This document shows, piece after piece, positions 23,393-33,524 of a DNA stretch of 64,000 nucleotides (the stretch's first letter is position 1; every line of letters begins with the position of its first letter). The notes beneath the pieces were generated by a model. It had not been told where the DNA came from. It made no database searches and was given only the letters and a program-made list of their open reading frames with translations. The translations under genes were made by a program, and so were the position numbers. Source of the DNA: an uncultured bacterium (lineage in GTDB: Bacteria; Bacteroidota; Ignavibacteria; Kapaibacteriales; UBA2268); NCBI GenBank assembly GCA_942493235.1, contig OW818676.1:2692001-2756000 (forward strand). Reading direction: 5' to 3'.

Positions 23393-24040
23393 TTAGCTAA
23401 ATGAAGACTGTGAATCTTCTACATTTCCGCGACGTTTTTTTCTGACTACTACATAAATAATGAAGATAATTCCTCCGACAATAAGAATAGTAAATATTAA
23501 TTTGCCGGTAGAAAATGTTGGCGGATAGACTGCTACCGTTCCATCAGGATTTTCAACATAAGACGGACGGCTGTACCAGAAAGCACCATGCCAAGGGGCG
23601 TAAAACATCCAGCTTGATACTTGACCCATCATATAGCCTCTCATAAGTGCTGAGGAATATCCACCGTAATCATTCATTTGATAATTTCTTGAGACACCTT
23701 GACCATCTCTCATTGAATAATTATCTACTTTGCGTGGAGTACCGTATTTAGCTCTGGCTTCATAGTTCGAAGACATACGTGTGCCTCCGAAACTACTTGA
23801 TTTAGGTAATCGAGATGGTGCGGTGTAGGTACTTCTCGACGGGCTACTTGTTCTTGAGGTCTTATATGAACTCGAACGAGAGCCACCAAATGAACGGCTG
23901 CTGCTACGCGAACCTCCGAAACTTCTTCCGCCGCCACTACGCCCACCGCGAGCATATAAATCTTCAGGAAGTAATTCGCTGATCAAGAAAAAGGCAATTG
24001 CCAAAATTGTAAACCATCTAAAAAACTTAACTTTTTTCAT
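23393..24040 (-). CDS. hypothetical membrane protein with an RGG/SR-rich low-complexity region and an aromatic/Met-rich segment. Has an N-terminal signal or anchor and a C-terminal TM
   Basis: GGRSGGGRSFGGSRSSSRSFGGSRSSS repeats, then a Y/W/M-rich stretch, then the TM FTILIVGGIIFIIYVVV followed by basic residues. Confidence 0.5.
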   Translation of the reverse strand: MKKVKFFRWFTILAIAFFLISELLPEDLYARGGRSGGGRSFGGSRSSSRSFGGSRSSSYKTSRTSSPSRSTYTAPSRLPKSSSFGGTRMSSNYEARAKYGTPRKVDNYSMRDGQGVSRNYQMNDYGGYSSALMRGYMMGQVSSWMFYAPWHGAFWYSRPSYVENPDGTVAVYPPTFSTGKLIFTILIVGGIIFIIYVVVRKKRRGNVEDSQSSFS

Positions 24041-24510
24041 TAAAATATCCTTTCAGTATCTATGGTATCATCTTCATTTCTGAATGTTAATTCAGCTTTA
24101 AACTCAATATCAGCCGGCACATTTTTTTTGAAAATCGAAGAAATGCCGGTTTGAGCTTTAGCAGATTTAATATGAACAAATAGGTTAGTTACACCTTCTA
24201 AAGGTTCATCATTAATAAACAGCAGAGTATTATCCAATTCTCCGTTGCTTTCGACAACAAATAAAGTTAACTGACTTGCTTCATCATCGGTGAAGCTGGG
24301 AGGAACAATTTTAAGATTATCTAAATAGTCTTCAAATATATTTTTTGTGTATAGCTCACCGTTGGAGCCTTCGTATTGAATAACAGCATCTAAAGCACCG
24401 TCTTCGTCAATATTGAGAAATATTTCTTTTAAACCGCCAATCTGCTCTCCATTATAATAGACAGCTGTCTTCTCAATTCTTCCGTTACTTTCTATTGCTA
24501 ATGTAGCCAT
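24040..24510 (-). CDS. hypothetical cytoplasmic protein with an internal tandem ~50-aa repeat
   Basis: ESNGRIEKTAVYYNGEQIGG... and ESNGELDNTLLFINDEPLEG... repeat halves. Start overlaps the upstream stop. Confidence 0.45.
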   Translation of the reverse strand: MATLAIESNGRIEKTAVYYNGEQIGGLKEIFLNIDEDGALDAVIQYEGSNGELYTKNIFEDYLDNLKIVPPSFTDDEASQLTLFVVESNGELDNTLLFINDEPLEGVTNLFVHIKSAKAQTGISSIFKKNVPADIEFKAELTFRNEDDTIDTERIF

Positions 24511-24519
24511 TTTAATCCT

Positions 24520-25506
24520 CTATTTGTTTTTATTCTTTTTTGTTTTTTTAATCTTATTGTTCTTTTTAATATTCTTATCTAAAAACTTATTATACGAAGT
24601 AAGTGTAGAAAAAGTTGTAATATAATGTTTGCCGGGGATAATATCATCTTTACTTTTATGAATACTAAGCTTTTGCTCCATAGTCTGCATAATATGAATA
24701 GGAATATTTCGTGAATTACTAATGTCGAGAACCCCACCGGAGGCAATAACCGAAGTAATTCTTAATCCTTCTTTTTGACCTTTTTCAGGTGGCAAAGTTA
24801 TACTTCCCTGGCTTGTTTTAATAAATTCAAGCCTGTTACAATTTTCATTTAATGTATCAATTGTACCTTGATTGGAATATAAATAATTAGACCTAATAGC
24901 AGGGCATGGAAGTCCGTTCTCAACTAAATAATCAATATCTTCAAGCATCCATGAGCTATTAACGTTGAATTCGGAGTATTTAAAAGGGAATAGCAAAGTG
25001 TGCATAAATGCACCGCCCGGGGCGAGACCAACCTTGTTTGTGTCATCGTAAGTAGCATTGTATCTGAAACCTACCGAATCGATTTCAAGAAATACAGTTC
25101 TACCTAACCAAGGAGAATCATAATGCTTAACAGGTTCTCCAAGTGATTCACGTTCGTTAGCCTCGAAATTAATCAATTTGATTTGTAAGCAATAATTTCC
25201 TATTGAATTGATTGAATCGCATATTATCTGATGGACTTCCATTCTTTCTTTTAATAGTGGAGTTCCATAATTTATTACTATACTGTCTTTAGATGTTGAA
25301 GTATAGATTAAAGTGTCTTTCGGAATAAATTTATACTTAAACTTCGTTATAATTATGGGTTTTAATTCTGTAGTATCGGGAGTGTTCGGATTCGAATATT
25401 TAATATTTACCGAATCAATCAACTCAGGAGTTATCTGAGCTTGAGAATAAACAGATAATACACATACAATAGATATTATCATATAAGCTATTAATTTTTT
25501 GAGCAT
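24520..25506 (-). CDS. hypothetical secreted protein with a Lys-rich C-terminal tail
   Basis: Signal peptide. C-terminus KKNNKIKKTKKNKNK. First gene of an apparent three-gene operon. Confidence 0.45.
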   Translation of the reverse strand: MLKKLIAYMIISIVCVLSVYSQAQITPELIDSVNIKYSNPNTPDTTELKPIIITKFKYKFIPKDTLIYTSTSKDSIVINYGTPLLKERMEVHQIICDSINSIGNYCLQIKLINFEANERESLGEPVKHYDSPWLGRTVFLEIDSVGFRYNATYDDTNKVGLAPGGAFMHTLLFPFKYSEFNVNSSWMLEDIDYLVENGLPCPAIRSNYLYSNQGTIDTLNENCNRLEFIKTSQGSITLPPEKGQKEGLRITSVIASGGVLDISNSRNIPIHIMQTMEQKLSIHKSKDDIIPGKHYITTFSTLTSYNKFLDKNIKKNNKIKKTKKNKNK

Positions 25507-25685
25507 AACTTCTTTTCTTTTCTATATTAAAAAAACATACAACACATTACCAATACAAAATTATAAAAAATAATTGTATTTGACTAACTTTATTAAGCGT
25601 TTTAGTTGTTAAATTATTATATAAATATGCCGATAATATGAAGTGGACATATAAAAAATATTTATTATAAAGATAGAAAAATGCT

Positions 25686-28508
25686 ATGGAAGGCACAAAA
25701 GTAAATAGTATAATAATTTTAATTCTATTGATATGCGGGGGGATAGCAGTATCAGAGCTACCACTGTATGCACAGGATAATCAAAACAAAGTATTCCGTA
25801 ATCTCGGTGAAAAGATAAATTCGAAATTTGATGAGTTCTTGCCTAATGTTTATAAAGACACTCTATATTATAGAAAAAACATCAATAAAAAGAAAATATC
25901 AATTTATAAAGTTGAAATTAATAAATATTTATGCACTGACCCATATATAAAATCTTTCGCACCGGACCCAATTCCGATTAATGATTTCAAAGAATCGTCT
26001 GAACCAATAGAAAAGGATTATAAAATTGACCCTTCCGAACCCGATTTCTATAATTATTCAGATAGTATTAGCAGATGGGAACTTCCTAAAACTATGCAAT
26101 ATGGTATTTCAAGCCCATATAACGACTTACATCCGGCTTACGCACCAGACGGCAGCTTTATAGTATTTGCTTCAGACAGACCTGCTGAAGCCGGAGCTGA
26201 CCGAATGAAGCATACTGATTTGTATTTATCTATCCGGAAAAAAGACGGTACTTGGACTGCACCTAAATCGCTTGGCAATAAAATAAATACCGGGCAGAAT
26301 GAAATATCTCCATATATAGCTAAAGACTTTACATTGTATTTTGCTTCTAAGGGCTATAGAAACGGTAGTGCGGAAATGGTGTTTTCCGGTGAAGGTGAAA
26401 ATTTATCGGATATTCAAATAATGGAAAGTAAATATAACTATGATATTATCTCTGTTAAAGCGAATTTTGTTAATGGAAAAGTAAAATACAATTCTATACC
26501 ACAGAAATTAGCTTACCCAATAAATACCGAATGGGATGAAATAGGTCCTACCCTATTTAACGATTCGTTGATAATTTCTTCAAATAGGATTTCATCTACT
26601 GCATGGGGAATTGCTCAAGGTGGTTTTGATATTTACGGTTGGTGCTATGAGGTCTGCCCTTGCGACAGCCAATGCAAGCCGGTAATAGTGTATGGAAAAA
26701 TTAAAGGTACTGCTTTCAAGCATTTACCGGAAGCCGATATTAAAATATATGGCATTGATAAAAATAATCAAAAAGTATTTTTAAAAGACTTGATAGTTGG
26801 CAAAGAAGCAAAATACTCGGTAGAATTGCCATGGCATTGCAATTATTATTTCGAGCTTAGTCATAATTGCAGCAATATCGGAATAATAAAAGATTCTATT
26901 TGCCCGAAAAATCCTTGTAGAGTTGATTCTGTTCAAGAAATTCGCTTGGACTTTGAAATCGATGGTAACTGCCCGGGCAGATTAGCCGAAGACTGTCCGG
27001 ACTGCCCGGATAGATGCTTGCCTTATAATTTTGACGTTGATATAATCTGTGATAAGGACAGTTTGAATTTCGCCGGCGATTTGATTTTAATACAGAATAA
27101 TTTTGAAAAGCAAAGAATTAAAATATATAAACCCGGTAGGTACAAATTCAAAATCAGACAAGAAGACAAACGCACTGACGATATTACTATCCGCTATGAA
27201 AGCGAATGCTTGAGACAGGATCAATATATTGAAAAAAAATACGAGCATAATTGTAATCCTGATTCTATTGATAACTTCAAGTTAATTATGGAATTACCTG
27301 ACCAATGCTGCTCAAATTCCTGCAAGTTTAAGCTAAGCGGCAAAATCAAATGTGAAGACGGAGCTAATATTATTTCTGGAAAAGTCAGTATTATTTCAAT
27401 CAAAGACGGAGGAATATATACTGCCGAGCCAAATTCCAATGGTGATTATGAAGTTACTATTTCTCAATTATCTAATACAGGATTGTTCAAAGTATCTTTC
27501 GGTGAAAACGAATGCAGAAAAGAGTACAAGTTAGTTCATAAATGTACTGCTGGCGATATAAAGAATTTCGACATAGTTATTCCGTCTCCGTGCTGCAAGG
27601 AGTGTAATTCGAGAGTAAATATAGAGGGATTAATCTCTCCCGACAAATATAATTGTACTCTAAGCGGGAAAATCACCGTTATTGATTTGGATAAAAAGCT
27701 CAGATATTCAACTACTACTAATGAATCCGGTAAATTTTCAATTAAAGTAGATTTCTCAAAAAATTATAGAGTAATCTATGAGAACAACTGCACTCAAGAG
27801 AAAATCCGAAAAAATATAAATCTTGAAAAATGTCCTGACCAAGATATAAAAATCTCATTATTATTTGAAGTAAAAGGTCAAAATGACCTGATTGATATTG
27901 CAGGGTTTAATGTTCCATTTTTCGTTACCGGATATTGGAAGCCAAACACAAAGAATAACTTGTTTGAGCTATTAGAAAAATTCAATAATCCGAATTACGG
28001 CAAGGGCAGCACTTGCTGCATTAATGACCCGGCAAGTGATTTCGACGAATCCTTTAATAAAATCAACTATTTGGAATACTCTGACTCTGTTACGAAAATA
28101 ATTAAGCAGACAAAAGATTTTGTGATTAATAAGATTAAAACTATAGAATGCGGATGTGAAAATAAACCCGACAAAATCAGGATAGTATTCACCGGATATT
28201 CTGACAATCGTGATATTGAATGTGAATGTATTTATTCCGAAAATAGCATTAACGAGTTCGGAATTATAATCGATAAAGGCGACGCTATAAATAATTATAC
28301 TTTATCTGAATTAAGAGCATACTATACCGCAAAGGAAGTACTAAATCTATTACAAAACAATGAAATATATAATCAATATGCTGATTTAATCGAAGTAGTA
28401 GCAATAGGAGCCGGTGAAAGCATTGATAACGAAAAAGCAGATAAAATCAAGCGAAGCGTTGAAATCAATTTCGAAACCATATTCAATAATTACTATGGAA
28501 AACGATAG
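25686..28508 (+). CDS. large secreted Cys-rich protein: TolB-like (PD40) beta-propeller N-terminus, repeated Ig-like modules, OmpA-like C-terminus
   Basis: Signal peptide. HPAYAPDGSFIVFASDRP (PD40 repeat). Many Cys clusters (CYEVCPCDSQC, CPDCPDRC, PCCKEC) before modules of type SGKI.V.D. C-terminal GYSDNRD...NYTLSELRAYYTAKEV...GAGES matches the OmpA peptidoglycan-binding domain pattern. Confidence 0.6.
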   Translation: MEGTKVNSIIILILLICGGIAVSELPLYAQDNQNKVFRNLGEKINSKFDEFLPNVYKDTLYYRKNINKKKISIYKVEINKYLCTDPYIKSFAPDPIPINDFKESSEPIEKDYKIDPSEPDFYNYSDSISRWELPKTMQYGISSPYNDLHPAYAPDGSFIVFASDRPAEAGADRMKHTDLYLSIRKKDGTWTAPKSLGNKINTGQNEISPYIAKDFTLYFASKGYRNGSAEMVFSGEGENLSDIQIMESKYNYDIISVKANFVNGKVKYNSIPQKLAYPINTEWDEIGPTLFNDSLIISSNRISSTAWGIAQGGFDIYGWCYEVCPCDSQCKPVIVYGKIKGTAFKHLPEADIKIYGIDKNNQKVFLKDLIVGKEAKYSVELPWHCNYYFELSHNCSNIGIIKDSICPKNPCRVDSVQEIRLDFEIDGNCPGRLAEDCPDCPDRCLPYNFDVDIICDKDSLNFAGDLILIQNNFEKQRIKIYKPGRYKFKIRQEDKRTDDITIRYESECLRQDQYIEKKYEHNCNPDSIDNFKLIMELPDQCCSNSCKFKLSGKIKCEDGANIISGKVSIISIKDGGIYTAEPNSNGDYEVTISQLSNTGLFKVSFGENECRKEYKLVHKCTAGDIKNFDIVIPSPCCKECNSRVNIEGLISPDKYNCTLSGKITVIDLDKKLRYSTTTNESGKFSIKVDFSKNYRVIYENNCTQEKIRKNINLEKCPDQDIKISLLFEVKGQNDLIDIAGFNVPFFVTGYWKPNTKNNLFELLEKFNNPNYGKGSTCCINDPASDFDESFNKINYLEYSDSVTKIIKQTKDFVINKIKTIECGCENKPDKIRIVFTGYSDNRDIECECIYSENSINEFGIIIDKGDAINNYTLSELRAYYTAKEVLNLLQNNEIYNQYADLIEVVAIGAGESIDNEKADKIKRSVEINFETIFNNYYGKR

Positions 28509-28555
28509 CAGCACAGTGATAGAGTTTCAATACAAATAATTCTTAAAATCAATAA

Positions 28556-28957
28556 TTAGTTTACACCGTTTTTCGAATACGGTTTTAAAGCGGATATTAT
28601 TGATAAAGCATTTTCAAAACCGGATTCGACTGTCTTTATGCTTGTTATCCCGTCGTAATATCCATCAAGATGCAAAACATTATAAGCATTATTTAAGTCT
28701 TTGAGTAGTTTTTTATCAATTTTTGCTAAATTAGTCTGATAAAATTCAATTGCTTTTCTGCCTCTTTTTTTAGGAATATTTTTAATATCAAACAAAAAGT
28801 CTAACGCAAATAAAACACCTGAATATGCTGTTCCGCAGGCAATTTTGACATATTTCTCATCAACATAAAACCTATCTTCTTTACCTGCAGATTTTAATAT
28901 TTCGGTAGCATTATCAAGATAACGCATTGCTTCTTTATATGGGTCTTCATACTTCAT
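28556..28957 (-). CDS. small hypothetical protein, DUF5618-like
   Basis: 133 aa. N-terminal PYKEAMRYLDNATEIL..AGKEDRFYVDEKYVKIACGTAYSGVLFALD pattern recalled from the DUF5618 family. Confidence 0.4.
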   Translation of the reverse strand: MKYEDPYKEAMRYLDNATEILKSAGKEDRFYVDEKYVKIACGTAYSGVLFALDFLFDIKNIPKKRGRKAIEFYQTNLAKIDKKLLKDLNNAYNVLHLDGYYDGITSIKTVESGFENALSIISALKPYSKNGVN

Positions 28958-29409
28958 AAATAACCGTAATTATTTTATTACTTAAAGCATTAGTGACGAA
29001 AACTTTAAATTAATATTGAAGATTGATTTTATTTATAAAAACAAAATTTCAGCTCGATATTTCAAGTTATTGGTTCTACACTATTATGAGCTTATTGTAT
29101 TGGTGGTTGGAGGCAGGGAATTAATTTGAAATATACACGTCATCATACAACGCACTACCTAATGTGGCTCAAACGTGTATCCCCTGTTTTTTGATATTAA
29201 TTTTTCCCATCTTAAAACATGGAAAAACCATATTATTAGAACTCAATACGAGAGAATGACAAAATCAAACCATATTATTTTATCCTAAATCCAATCAATT
29301 GCATCTAACATAAAAATATTATGCTCTGAAAAAAATATATTTTTGTTTATTCGTCCCTTATATATTGAATTTTAAATTGAACGTTTTTTAAGAATAATGG
29401 AGTTATTTA

Positions 29410-31017
29410 ATGAAGACACTAAGTGCATTGCCGAATGCTGTACCCGGATTAGAATATTTGGGTTTATCAAATGTTAAAAAAGTGTATTGGAACCATAATA
29501 CACCCAAATTATATGAAGATGCAATTAAGAATAAAGAAGCTATTATTTCTCACTTAGGACCGCTTGTAGTCAACACCGGCAAGATAACCGGCCGCTCTCC
29601 TAATGATAAATATGTAGTAAAAGACGAATTTTCTGCCGATAAGGTTAACTGGGGGAAGACAAATGTACCTTATGAACCACATAAATTCGATATGCTTTTT
29701 GAAAGAGTTAAAGCATATTTACAAAACAGAGAACTATATATAGAAGATGCTTACGCCGGAACAGATGATAATTACAAATTGCCTATAAGAGTAATTACTC
29801 TTTATGCTTGGCAAGCACTCTTTGTACGTAATATGTTCATCAGATTTAAAGATAGAGAAGCTTTAAAAGGCTTTTCACCCGAATTTACTGTGATAGCAGT
29901 ACCAAATTTCTTGGCTAATCCCATATTAGATGAAATTAATTCCGAAACATTCATTATGATTAATTTCACTAAAAAAATTGTATTAATAGGCGGTACTCAC
30001 TATGCCGGTGAAATCAAAAAATCAATTTTTACTGTTATGAATTATATTCTTCCATTAAAAGGCGTTATGGGTATGCACTGTTCAGCTAATGTCGGCAAAG
30101 ACGGTGATTCTGCGTTGTTATTCGGTTTATCCGGTACAGGTAAGACTACTCTATCGGCTGACCCGAACAGAGCTTTAATCGGTGATGACGAACACGGCTG
30201 GAGTGAAAACGGTATCTTTAATTTCGAAGGTGGCTGCTATGCTAAGGTAATTAGATTGTCTGCCGAAGCCGAGCCTGAAATATGGGAAACTACTCGCAAA
30301 TTCGGCACTATTTTAGAAAATGTCGTTCTTAATGATGAGACAAGAATGGTTGACCTATATGACGACTCTATGACTGAAAACACCAGAGCTTCATATCCGC
30401 TAACTCACTTATCTAATATTGTTACCGATGGTAAAGGCGGGCATCCGAAAAATATTATTTTCTTAACTGCCGATGCTTTTGGCGTGTTACCTCCGATTTC
30501 CAAATTAACTCCTGAGCAGGCAATGTATCAATTCCTATTGGGCTATACTGCAAAAGTTGCCGGAACAGAAAAAGGTATTACCGAACCTCAAGCTACATTC
30601 TCTACTTGCTTCGGTGCTCCGTTTATGCCTTTGCATCCGAGCGTATATGCAAATATGCTTGGCGAGAAAATTAAAAAGCACAATGTAAAATGTTGGTTAG
30701 TTAACACCGGCTGGACAGGTGGACCTTATGGCGAAGGTCATCGAATTTCTATTAAGCACACAAGAGGATTATTAAATGCTGCTTTAGAAGGCAAATTGGA
30801 TAATGTCGAATATTGGATAGACCCAATCTTCGGATTGAGTGTTCCTTCTAAGTGTGAAGATGTGCCTACCGAGATATTAAATCCTAAAAACACTTGGACT
30901 AATAAAGACGCTTATGATATTAAAGCTAAAGATTTAGCCTCAAGATTTAAAGAGAACTTCAAGCAATACGACGCTTATGTAAATGATGATATTAGAAAAG
31001 CGGCTCCCCTTGCTTAA
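29410..31017 (+). CDS. pckA: phosphoenolpyruvate carboxykinase (ATP)
   Basis: GLSGTGKTTLS kinase-1a motif, IGDDEHGW, 535 aa collinear with ATP-dependent PckA. Confidence 0.92.
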   Translation: MKTLSALPNAVPGLEYLGLSNVKKVYWNHNTPKLYEDAIKNKEAIISHLGPLVVNTGKITGRSPNDKYVVKDEFSADKVNWGKTNVPYEPHKFDMLFERVKAYLQNRELYIEDAYAGTDDNYKLPIRVITLYAWQALFVRNMFIRFKDREALKGFSPEFTVIAVPNFLANPILDEINSETFIMINFTKKIVLIGGTHYAGEIKKSIFTVMNYILPLKGVMGMHCSANVGKDGDSALLFGLSGTGKTTLSADPNRALIGDDEHGWSENGIFNFEGGCYAKVIRLSAEAEPEIWETTRKFGTILENVVLNDETRMVDLYDDSMTENTRASYPLTHLSNIVTDGKGGHPKNIIFLTADAFGVLPPISKLTPEQAMYQFLLGYTAKVAGTEKGITEPQATFSTCFGAPFMPLHPSVYANMLGEKIKKHNVKCWLVNTGWTGGPYGEGHRISIKHTRGLLNAALEGKLDNVEYWIDPIFGLSVPSKCEDVPTEILNPKNTWTNKDAYDIKAKDLASRFKENFKQYDAYVNDDIRKAAPLA

Positions 31018-31087
31018 TTATTTAATTTAAAGGCAGTATCTATAAAAAGCCTTTTACCAAACTGCAATATTAATTATTATTTCAATC

Positions 31088-31114
31088 AACCCCACGCTTC
31101 AGCGTGGGGTTTTG
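31088..31114 (+). terminator. Rho-independent terminator of pckA (GC-rich palindrome)
   Basis: aaccccacgc-ttc-agcgtggggtt followed by ttttg. Confidence 0.65.
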
Positions 31115-31228
31115 CAAATAACGTACTTGTATCTCCATTTGTAAAGCAGAGCCTGACTAAAATTTGTCATTAACAGGTACCTTTACAGTTGCACTGTAAT
31201 TGTAGAGGTAATGACACAAAGTAAAATA

Positions 31229-31306
31229 GTCATTCTTAACAAAGTGAAGAATCCAGAAAAATCTATATGTTCATAATTCTGGATTCTTCTTTACACTCAG
31301 AATGAC
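31229..31306. repeat. long-stem hairpin repeat, copy A (MITE/REP-like)
   Basis: gtcattcttaacaaagtgaagaatccagaa ... ttctggattcttctttacactcagaatgac. About 28-bp imperfect inverted arms related to the copies at 45534 and 49144. Confidence 0.6.
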
Positions 31307-31325
31307 GATTTGGCTATATTATTTG

Positions 31326-32675
31326 TTACTCTTTTTCTTCCGATTCTTTTGTACCGGTCATGGCTTTTAGTATATCTACTCCGGTTACTGTTTTAATTGT
31401 TTCGCTTAGTTGAGCGATAGAGCCGGGTATTTGATTAACTAATCTTGAGAATGAACCATTCTCTGAGCTATTACCACCACTGTCAACCATAGTTAATTTA
31501 TCAATCTTAATGCCGTTTAGAGTACCGGTAAGTGATTCGATAATCTTAGGCAACATTACAAGTGTATAAATCTTCTCGGAATTACTACCGGCATCGGCAA
31601 ATGCCAGCATATTTTGCTTTAACACATTGAGCTGAGCTTCACCGTCGGCAATTATCTGCGATGCGTGACCACGAGCTTCAAGCTCGTAAGCTTCTTTTTT
31701 AGCTTTAGCCGGTTCGATAACATCCGCGATTAATTTTTTCTGCTGTAATATAATTCTTTGGGCTTCGAGCTCTTGCTCAAATAGAACTTGGGCTTTTTGC
31801 CCGGCAACTATGGCTTCTTTTTCTTTAATAACAGCATCTTTTTCAAGTTCTGCTTTTTTAATTCTCAAGTTGTTATTTTCGATTTCGATTAATTGATTTG
31901 CACGCGTTTTAGCAATTGCAACATTTTGCTGAGATTCAATCTGAGCAGTTTCGATTTCTTGTTTAGAGCGGGCTTTTGCTGTTTCTGCTTTTTGCTTTGC
32001 GAGAGCCTCGGCTTCTTCTGCTTCGGCTTGTCTGTCTGCTTCGGCTTTTTTAGCATTAGAGACTACTTCGGCAGATTTCATTCTACCGATAGAATCCATA
32101 TATCCTCTGTCGTCAGATATATTAGTGATTTTTAAAGTATCTAACTGAATACCGAGCTTCTGCAAATCAATATCTGCTTCATCCATCAATACTTCGGCAA
32201 ATTTCATTCTGTCTTCGTTGACTTCTTCGGGCGTAAGCGAGGCAAGCACTCCGCGTAAGTTACCTTCTAATGTTTCCTTAGCAATTTTTTGAATTTCAGC
32301 TTCTGTTCTTTGCAAAAACCTTTCTACGGCATTACCGAAAGTTGGCTCTTTTGAATCAATTTTAATATTTGCTATTGCATCTACTGCCAGCGGAATACCA
32401 CCTTTGGAATACGCATTTTGAATACTTAACTCTAAAGGTATTGTTTCAAGTGACATTTTTGCGGCTTTTTCAAGAAACGGAAGCCTAACAGCACGACCAC
32501 CGCGAATTATTCTATAGCCGACTATAGAACCGTCCGGGAGTGACCTTTTACGACCGGATAGAATTACTACTTCGTTAGGTTGGGCAATTAATAACAGCCT
32601 TGATATTGCTATTAAAATAATAAATATTGCAGCAAGTGCTATACCTGCTAATACAAAAACTCCTTCAACTTCCAT
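31326..32675 (-). CDS. flotillin-like SPFH/band-7 protein (YqiK-like)
   Basis: N-terminal TM, SPFH domain, long Ala/Glu/Lys/Gln coiled coil (EAEEAEALAKQKAETAKARSKQEIETAQ). Confidence 0.8.
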   Translation of the reverse strand: MEVEGVFVLAGIALAAIFIILIAISRLLLIAQPNEVVILSGRKRSLPDGSIVGYRIIRGGRAVRLPFLEKAAKMSLETIPLELSIQNAYSKGGIPLAVDAIANIKIDSKEPTFGNAVERFLQRTEAEIQKIAKETLEGNLRGVLASLTPEEVNEDRMKFAEVLMDEADIDLQKLGIQLDTLKITNISDDRGYMDSIGRMKSAEVVSNAKKAEADRQAEAEEAEALAKQKAETAKARSKQEIETAQIESQQNVAIAKTRANQLIEIENNNLRIKKAELEKDAVIKEKEAIVAGQKAQVLFEQELEAQRIILQQKKLIADVIEPAKAKKEAYELEARGHASQIIADGEAQLNVLKQNMLAFADAGSNSEKIYTLVMLPKIIESLTGTLNGIKIDKLTMVDSGGNSSENGSFSRLVNQIPGSIAQLSETIKTVTGVDILKAMTGTKESEEKE

Positions 32676-32692
32676 AATTTTACTCCAAATAG

Positions 32693-33310
32693 TTAAAAAT
32701 CTGCTGAAACAATATATGCAGTGTTACTTTTTATATCGGTAATTAAAACTTTTTCTCTCATTTTAAATTGCTCAATATCCGTACTTTCGTCTATTACGGC
32801 ACTAAGCTCTATACTTTGACCTTTGCATTGGGTCTGCACTTTTCCTCTTCCGTTTTTATTTATGTTAATGGTTACAATTGCCTGTTTACCGATTAATTCC
32901 GATAAATCTAATGACTGACCGCTTTCTGATTCGGCTAAATATTTCATTAATTTATAGCCGAACCAACCCGCAAATCCTCCCATTGCTATCGAAGATAAAA
33001 ATGTAATAAAAGGAATAAATGATAAGTAACTCAGTACAGTGCCGGTTAGCCCGAAAAATGCAGTGAAATATACTATATTGCGAAAGCTGACTAACTTAAC
33101 AGAGTCTGCCGTATCATTTTTGGAAATCTCCGTATGCTGTACATCTATATGAGAGAGTGAACTGTCTGAATGTATATCAAGACTGTGCCCGGTCTCTGTG
33201 TGCAAATCCAAATGTCCGTGAACATCTGTGCTCTGGTCTCCACCGGCAAATAGTGAAAATCCGAGCAGTCCGCCGCCCAGTATTAAACAAAATAGATATA
33301 GCTCAAACAT
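32693..33310 (-). CDS. NfeD-like membrane protein (YqiJ-like) with an internal His-rich segment
   Basis: N-terminal TM, His-rich DVHGHLDLHTETGHSLDIHSD, middle TM pair, C-terminal OB-fold-like QAIVTININKNGRGKV. Sits directly upstream of the flotillin gene. Confidence 0.6.
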   Translation of the reverse strand: MFELYLFCLILGGGLLGFSLFAGGDQSTDVHGHLDLHTETGHSLDIHSDSSLSHIDVQHTEISKNDTADSVKLVSFRNIVYFTAFFGLTGTVLSYLSFIPFITFLSSIAMGGFAGWFGYKLMKYLAESESGQSLDLSELIGKQAIVTININKNGRGKVQTQCKGQSIELSAVIDESTDIEQFKMREKVLITDIKSNTAYIVSADF

Positions 33311-33524
33311 TTTATTCTCCGGTCTTTCTCAAATAGAAAAAATAAAATTAAGTAATTTAGAATTAAAAACCAAATCTTAAATCATTTTCTACTTGAAATA
33401 ATATTTTTAATTCCAATTATTGATATTAGACCCGTCGATTTGTATTGCCCCAAATTAAGCCACACTCCGACTTTGAAGAATTATTACTAAAGATTAACAA
33501 TCGGTTTATAGGTTCTTCGCTATT

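Noticed and set aside
31127-31228. Nested palindromes (tgtcatta...taatgaca enclosing tacagt-tgc-actgta) just upstream of hairpin copy A
   Set aside because: Possibly an extension of the copy A element, but it has no counterpart beside copies B or C, so it is treated as local sequence of unclear significance.
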